Sequence record: MK416008.1
Source of the DNA: Klebsiella phage ST405-OXA48phi1.3
DNA length: 32,010 nucleotides
Reading direction: 5' to 3' (one strand)
A program made the translations under genes and the position numbers. The notes under the pieces were generated by a model, which was not told where the DNA came from, searched no databases, and saw only the letters and a list, made by a program, of their open reading frames with translations. Within the stretch, counting starts at the first letter, position 1, and each line of letters opens with the position of its first letter. Positions 26,650-32,010 of the stretch are shown piece by piece.

Positions 26650-27030
26650 ATGTTTCAACCTGAAAAGTACCTTTCGGTCATCTGGCTGAAGGGCGGTCGC
26701 TCTTTTCCAAAACTTGACTGCTTTGGCATTGTGAACGAGATACGCAGCGATTTGGGCTTGCCTCTCTGGCCTGATTTTGCCGGGGTCACGAAAGACGATG
26801 GTGGCCTCGATCGGGAAGCGCGCCGGATGATGCTCACTCTTGAACATTGCGAACCTTGCGAGGGTGCCGGGGTTGCCTGCTATTCCGGGTCAACCGTCAC
26901 ACATGTCGGGATCGTCGTCAACATCGATGGCCTGCTGCATGTGGCGGAATGCAATCCGGGAACGAACGTCACCTTTCTGCCGTTGTCGCGGTTTAAGCGG
27001 CGATTTGTCAAAGTGGAGTTCTGGCAATGA
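26650..27030 (+). CDS. NlpC/P60 (C40 peptidase) tail-tip protein (K-like, with no MPN/JAB domain).
   Basis: Cys/His triad candidates in LDCFGIVNEI / VTHVGIVV / LHVAEC. GAGGT SD. ATGA overlap with the next gene. Confidence 0.65.
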   Translation: MFQPEKYLSVIWLKGGRSFPKLDCFGIVNEIRSDLGLPLWPDFAGVTKDDGGLDREARRMMLTLEHCEPCEGAGVACYSGSTVTHVGIVVNIDGLLHVAECNPGTNVTFLPLSRFKRRFVKVEFWQ

Positions 27031-30000
27031 CCATTCGTTTTTACCCGTCGCGGCTGCCCGGTGAACCACTGGAAACGCATGAAAATGGCGTTACCACCAT
27101 TCGCAGCTGGCTGGTGGCAAATGTTGAAGGCTACGAAGATCGGGATGTTCCACCGTTGACCGTTGAGGTTGAGGGGCTGTCAATTCCGCCTGGCGAATGG
27201 GCTACTTGCGTGATCCATCCTGATAGTGATGTCCGGCTTTATCCGGTGCCTTTCGGGCTTGAGGCTGCTACGATCGCCTGGATAGGCGTCGGTATCTCCG
27301 TTGCCGCTGCAGCCTATTCGCTGTTTATGATGAGCACCATTGATACGGGCGGCTATACCTCATCCACAGGGCGGAGTCTCGACCTGAACCCGGCGCGGGC
27401 CAACACCGCAAAACTCGGTGATGCCATTCGTGAGGTGTTTGGCCGGGTGCGTATCTACCCAGATTATGTGGTGCAGCCGGTTACCCGGTTCGATGCCGCC
27501 GATCCTACGAAAATGCGCGTCCAGATGCTGCTGTGTCTCGGTGTCGGTGATCTGATTTATACCAATGGCGATATCAGGGTTGGCAGTACGCCAGCTTCAA
27601 CGCTGCCGGGTTTCAGCAGCATCCATTACCCGCCAGGAGCGGACGTTTCCGGCGATGAGCGCAGTGAAAACTGGGTCAACAGTACGGAGGTCGGCGGGAC
27701 ATCATCCGGTACCGGACTGGATATGGCCCAGACGTCGCCGGACGCAGACGACATTATCGCAGACAGCATGACCGTCTCCGGATCGAGCGTGACGTTTACC
27801 GGGCTGGATACGGATGATGATGACGATAATGGCGAGAACGATAACGCGCTGCCGCCCAGCTGGGTCGCTGGCGCCGTGGTCGAACTGAAAGCCCCGGCGA
27901 ACTACCAGATCACCACGGCGGCCGGATACAGTGTTATCGCCAGCCCGCTGCTGACGGAGATCGCGCCGGTAGTAGGTATGCCGGTGACGCTGGGGTTTAA
28001 CTCTGTCGATTACGATCTGTTTATCGCGTCATATACCCCCGGTCAGGCTGCAGTGCCCGGCACCGGGGGGAGTGCGGCAAAACTCCAGGCCAGTGCGGCC
28101 CCGACCACCTACGATTTTTCGACCAGCTCCAGCACGTTCACGATCACCTGGCAGGGGGTTACCTATCCGGTGTCGCTGGTGGCTAACTACGTCTCGATGT
28201 CGGGACTGCTGGCGGCAATCACCGAGGGACTCACTGGCTCCGGCCTGATTGCGCAGGACAACGGCGGCACCGTACTGATAACCGAGTCGGCCAGTCCGTT
28301 CACGGGTGGAGCGATCACCTCCTCTTCGCTGCCTGCAGCTGTTTTCGGTGATGCCCCGGTTTACACCTCCGGCACGGCATCAACCGGCGGCAGCCCGGCG
28401 GTAACGGCGAATGTGACGCTTGCCTATAACAGCGCCACGGGAACAGCCTTTTCCGGCATGCCGGAGGGGGTGCAACGGCTTTCACTTGCTCACCGCGGGA
28501 ATGAGTACCGCATTGTCTCGACCGACGGCACAACGGCGACGGTGGCGCGCCTGGTTAATGGTGCAGTTGATGAGTCATGGCCGGGATTCACCGCCCGGAC
28601 GATGATCGATTATGAGGCCACTGGCCTTAACGACACGCTGAGCTGGCTTGGGCCGTTCCTGGTTTGCCCTGAAAATGAGACCGTGGATATGTTCGAGGTG
28701 AATTTCTCTTTCCCGAACGGTATTTGCGGCTTTGACAGTAAGGGCAAAAAACGGATCCGCCACGTTGAGTGGGAGATACAGTATCGCGTCTACGGTTCCG
28801 GATCGGGGTGGGTGAGTCACCAGGGAGAGTACGCGCTTAAAAACATCAACGGGTTAGGTCTCACTGAGCGGATCACCCTCAGCTCTCCGGGACTGGTAGA
28901 GGTTCGCTGCCGTCGGCGCAATGAGCAGGGCTCAAACAACGCCAGGGATTCGATGTACTGGCAGGCACTACGCGGGCGACTGCTGACGCGTCCTTCATCC
29001 TATCCCGGCGTGTCGCTGATGGCGGTGACCGTTGAGACGGGGGGCAAATTGGCGGCTCAGTCGGACCGCCGCGTAAACGTTGTGGCCACGCGGGCCTATG
29101 ACTCAGGAACGGCCAGAACCATTTCTGGGGCGCTGCTGCATGTCGGGAACTCGCTGGGACTGGAGATGGATGTCGACACCATCAACGCGCTGGAGTCTGC
29201 ATACTGGACGCCACGCGGCGAGTATTTCGACTTTGCTACCGGCGACAGTATCTCAGCGCTGGAAATGCTGCAGAAGATAGCCAATGCCGGGAAGTCACGT
29301 TTTCTGCTGAGTGATGGCCTGGCGACGGTCAACCGTGAGGGGATTAAGCCATGGACGGGGATCATTACGCCACATGAGATGGTGGAGGAGCTGCAGAGCG
29401 CTTTTACCGTGCCCTCAGATGATGATTTTGATGGTGTCGACGTGACGTACATCAACGGGACTACCTGGGCAGAGGAGACCGTTAAATGCCGGACGCCGGA
29501 CAATCCCACGCCGGTGAAAATCGAGAACTACAAACTCGATGGGGTACTGAATCAGGATCACGCCTACCAGATCGGCATGCGTCGCCTGATGAAATACCTG
29601 CAGCAGCGGGTGACGTTCCAGACCACTACCGAGCTGGACGCGCTGTGCTACAACCTGGGCGATCGCATTGTGCTCACGGATGATATTCCGGGTAACAACA
29701 CGATTTCCTGTCTGGTGGAGGCGATGACAACGGCTGGTGGCGTGACAACGTTCACCGTTACGGAGCCGCTGGACTGGTCTTTCGAAAATCCCCGAGCGCT
29801 GATCCGCTATCAGGATGGCTCTGCATCCGGGCTGATGGTGGCGAGCAGGGTGGGTGATTTTCAGCTGTCAGTCCCGCACCTGAGCGAGTTTGATGACCCG
29901 ATGAAGGTTGACCTGTCGTCGGCAACCATCGAGCCGATCCGCCTGGTGTTCTGCGGCTCAACGCGCCACGTCTACGACGCCATTGTAGAGGAGATCGCTC

Positions 30001-30095
30001 CGCAGTCAGACGGAACCTGTCAGGTCACCGCTAAAGAATACCTCGAATCATTCTACCAGTACGACGACGCCACATACCCCGGCGACGCTGCTTAA
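27027..30095 (+). CDS. Tail tip / host-specificity protein (J-like, 1022 aa) with a gpI-like N-terminus.
   Basis: The N-terminal ~110 aa ends in the hydrophobic GLEAATIAWIGVGISVAAAAYSLF, resembling lambda gpI. Size and position match the central tail fibre. Confidence 0.7.
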   Translation: MTIRFYPSRLPGEPLETHENGVTTIRSWLVANVEGYEDRDVPPLTVEVEGLSIPPGEWATCVIHPDSDVRLYPVPFGLEAATIAWIGVGISVAAAAYSLFMMSTIDTGGYTSSTGRSLDLNPARANTAKLGDAIREVFGRVRIYPDYVVQPVTRFDAADPTKMRVQMLLCLGVGDLIYTNGDIRVGSTPASTLPGFSSIHYPPGADVSGDERSENWVNSTEVGGTSSGTGLDMAQTSPDADDIIADSMTVSGSSVTFTGLDTDDDDDNGENDNALPPSWVAGAVVELKAPANYQITTAAGYSVIASPLLTEIAPVVGMPVTLGFNSVDYDLFIASYTPGQAAVPGTGGSAAKLQASAAPTTYDFSTSSSTFTITWQGVTYPVSLVANYVSMSGLLAAITEGLTGSGLIAQDNGGTVLITESASPFTGGAITSSSLPAAVFGDAPVYTSGTASTGGSPAVTANVTLAYNSATGTAFSGMPEGVQRLSLAHRGNEYRIVSTDGTTATVARLVNGAVDESWPGFTARTMIDYEATGLNDTLSWLGPFLVCPENETVDMFEVNFSFPNGICGFDSKGKKRIRHVEWEIQYRVYGSGSGWVSHQGEYALKNINGLGLTERITLSSPGLVEVRCRRRNEQGSNNARDSMYWQALRGRLLTRPSSYPGVSLMAVTVETGGKLAAQSDRRVNVVATRAYDSGTARTISGALLHVGNSLGLEMDVDTINALESAYWTPRGEYFDFATGDSISALEMLQKIANAGKSRFLLSDGLATVNREGIKPWTGIITPHEMVEELQSAFTVPSDDDFDGVDVTYINGTTWAEETVKCRTPDNPTPVKIENYKLDGVLNQDHAYQIGMRRLMKYLQQRVTFQTTTELDALCYNLGDRIVLTDDIPGNNTISCLVEAMTTAGGVTTFTVTEPLDWSFENPRALIRYQDGSASGLMVASRVGDFQLSVPHLSEFDDPMKVDLSSATIEPIRLVFCGSTRHVYDAIVEEIAPQSDGTCQVTAKEYLESFYQYDDATYPGDAA

Positions 30096-30171
30096 TACCA
30101 AAAAAATCCCTTTCAACTTTTCTTTCGCTCAAACCCTCGTTTGCGCGAAGCCTCTTTTTTGGAGCAAAAAC

Positions 30172-32010
30172 ATGGCCGAACTTAACCCGCCTTTGGGAAC
30201 AACGACGCCTGAAATCTTCCTGGATAACGTCAAGCGCGCTGACGAGCTGGTTAACGGTCCGGCAGGAACGGTTAACGACCGCGGCGGTGAACCGCTCGAT
30301 ACCTGGCGCCAGATGATGGCGAAAAACGATGAGATCAGGCAGAACCTGATCCCGCTTAGTAAACAGTATGCGACGCTGGCTGCGGCACAGGCGGACATTG
30401 CTAATATCCCGGTGGGCTCGACCACGTATTACCGTAGCCCTGATGACAGCGCTCTTGCGGTTGAGGTTATTAACAACGCCGGGACGCTGCAGCCTACCGG
30501 GCGCCAGATGCCATCCATGTTTACCTTCGCAGGTGTCAGGTTTCTCAGAGGATATGGGACTGATGAATTTGTCATTATTGGTACTGATTATCAGGTCCTT
30601 GAATATGGTGCCGACAGTGACAGGCTGCGCGATGCTGGAGCCGATATTAAATACGGTTATGGCTTACCGGGAAAACCACTGGCTGTCATCGGTACAGACG
30701 GCGAGATGACGTCATTTCTCACATCTGATTCTTTACAGGATGCCGGAGTATCAATTCTCAGAGGATACGCCTCGTCACCGTTCGCCGTGCTTGGAGCTGA
30801 CAATCAACTGCTGTTGATGGGTTCTGGTGAGTCGTCAGCTGCGACAGCTTTGCCGGAGACAGGCCTGCTTAATTATCTCATCGCCATGCAGGAACGGGCG
30901 TACACCGGGGGATACCTGGTCATTATGTGCGGGCCGGGTGATTCTCTTACCGCAGGCACTGACGGCCTGAGCGCCATTGACGCTATGTATAGCCTTTTTG
31001 CCGCTAACTTGGGACACGGTGGTATAGGCTACTTCGCCCCATCAAATGACAATACAGCAAGTCGCGACTTGCTGAACATGGAATTGGCTTACACCGGCTG
31101 GGTGGATAACCAGACCTACGGCAAAAAATGTGGCCCGCTAAATTTTGCTCTTGTTCCGTGGTCAGGTCGTACTAATTTGTTTTTCCGGGTAAAAGATGCG
31201 TCCCGCAGCAACCCCATTTACCAGCATGACGTGGTGGAGGTCGGGTTTACCGGGACGGGTGACGTGGGAACCTTCAGCCAGTTCCGGTTCCGTGCAACCG
31301 ACCGGAATGACGATGGGGCCATTGGCCCAGCAGGCTCCGGGGAATGGCAGACGGCTACCATCACAAACCAACCCGAGGGTTCAGAAGAAATCCAGATAGT
31401 GCGTGTTGAGGGGCTAGGACCCGCTTCGGGCCGTTTCTCTCTGGAGATAGAGCCGCCCGCATCAGGTCAGGCCGGGTATCCTGCGATTGTCAGCTTCAAC
31501 TGCATCAACTCTGCTGGCGGCGTTCGCGTTATTCGGTACGCTCGGGGCGGCGCGACTGCGGCATATCACCTGAACCAGACGGCCTCGTACCAGAAATACT
31601 GGATGCAGTATTTTGCTCCTGACCTGGTGTTTATCAATCTCGGCGAGAATGATTATGCACTGACCGATTCGGAATTTATGAGCGGGTACAGCGCCATTGT
31701 TGAGCGGGTACAGGATGCGCTGCCGGGTGTACCTGTTATTCTGGAGCGCTGGTACAGCGACAACCACATTAAGCGTGATGCGGTTTTTGACGTCATTCAG
31801 GCTAAATATGGAATGCTGGGATTTAACGTTCGTGACCTTATCCGCAACTCAAATTTTGCGTTCCAGAACGGCTACGCCTATTCCACCACCAACCCGGCAG
31901 ACCCGCACCCCAACGCACGCGGAGCCAGAATTATTGGCGCGTATCAGGCGAAACGCGCACTCCTGAACTACGCCGTACAATCTCTCAGAAAGGAACAACA
32001 AAATGGCTAA
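30172..32010 (+). CDS. Tail fibre / tailspike with an SGNH (GDSL) esterase domain.
   Basis: SGNH blocks GDSLTAG (block I), GENDY (block III) and DPHPN (Asp-x-x-His catalytic dyad, block V). The N-terminal conserved fibre-attachment region follows the J-like gene. GGAG SD. Confidence 0.7.
   Translation: MAELNPPLGTTTPEIFLDNVKRADELVNGPAGTVNDRGGEPLDTWRQMMAKNDEIRQNLIPLSKQYATLAAAQADIANIPVGSTTYYRSPDDSALAVEVINNAGTLQPTGRQMPSMFTFAGVRFLRGYGTDEFVIIGTDYQVLEYGADSDRLRDAGADIKYGYGLPGKPLAVIGTDGEMTSFLTSDSLQDAGVSILRGYASSPFAVLGADNQLLLMGSGESSAATALPETGLLNYLIAMQERAYTGGYLVIMCGPGDSLTAGTDGLSAIDAMYSLFAANLGHGGIGYFAPSNDNTASRDLLNMELAYTGWVDNQTYGKKCGPLNFALVPWSGRTNLFFRVKDASRSNPIYQHDVVEVGFTGTGDVGTFSQFRFRATDRNDDGAIGPAGSGEWQTATITNQPEGSEEIQIVRVEGLGPASGRFSLEIEPPASGQAGYPAIVSFNCINSAGGVRVIRYARGGATAAYHLNQTASYQKYWMQYFAPDLVFINLGENDYALTDSEFMSGYSAIVERVQDALPGVPVILERWYSDNHIKRDAVFDVIQAKYGMLGFNVRDLIRNSNFAFQNGYAYSTTNPADPHPNARGARIIGAYQAKRALLNYAVQSLRKEQQNG

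Noticed and set aside
1-32010. CRISPR arrays, integrase/att sites and IS elements.
   Set aside because: No regularly spaced direct repeats and no integrase or transposase-like ORFs in this window. The prophage ends are outside it.

Overview
Most of this window is the late region of a lambdoid, siphovirus-type prophage from an enterobacterial host. Nearly all genes are on the + strand. Left to right: a LexA-box-controlled dinI-like gene and nin-region genes (DUF1367, YbcO/DUF1364-like); a Q-type antiterminator followed by a PR'-like promoter and a short terminated leader; a host-like yagU (DUF1440) cargo gene; and a lambda S holin / R endolysin pair with no recognisable Rz/Rz1 spanins. Then a moron zone of small genes, a P27-type small terminase, large terminase, portal, MuF-like head protein, scaffold, major capsid and head-tail joining proteins. 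Then the major tail protein, a G/GT tail chaperone with a canonical A_AAA_AAG -1 slippery heptamer, a 1037-aa tape measure, M/L/K-like tail-tip genes, a 1022-aa I-J-like tip protein and a tail fibre carrying an SGNH (GDSL) esterase domain. Four AT-rich islands interrupt this otherwise syntenic late operon and are the most interesting content. (a) A 2.5-kb insertion between the GT chaperone and the tape measure holds an overlapping two-gene operon whose second protein has a HEPN-like R-x5-H motif, plus a divergent pair encoding a winged-helix-like protein and a 3-TM zinc-ribbon membrane protein. (b) A coiled-coil-TIR protein sits on the opposite strand between the L-like and K-like tail genes and overlaps convergently with a small coiled-coil ORF. 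(c) A C-terminally membrane-anchored protein is encoded on the minus strand just upstream of terS. (d) A 3-TM membrane protein moron with its own terminator and an 18-bp perfect palindrome follows the tape measure. The sequence also shows a convergent pair of ~60-aa membrane proteins where spanins would be, a duplicated conserved hairpin after two small acidic ORFs, and a 350-nt highly structured non-coding stretch between yagU and the holin. All calls are from reading the sequence and recalled family signatures. No database searches were run. Coordinates I derived by hand rather than from the ORF track may be off by 1-2 nt.
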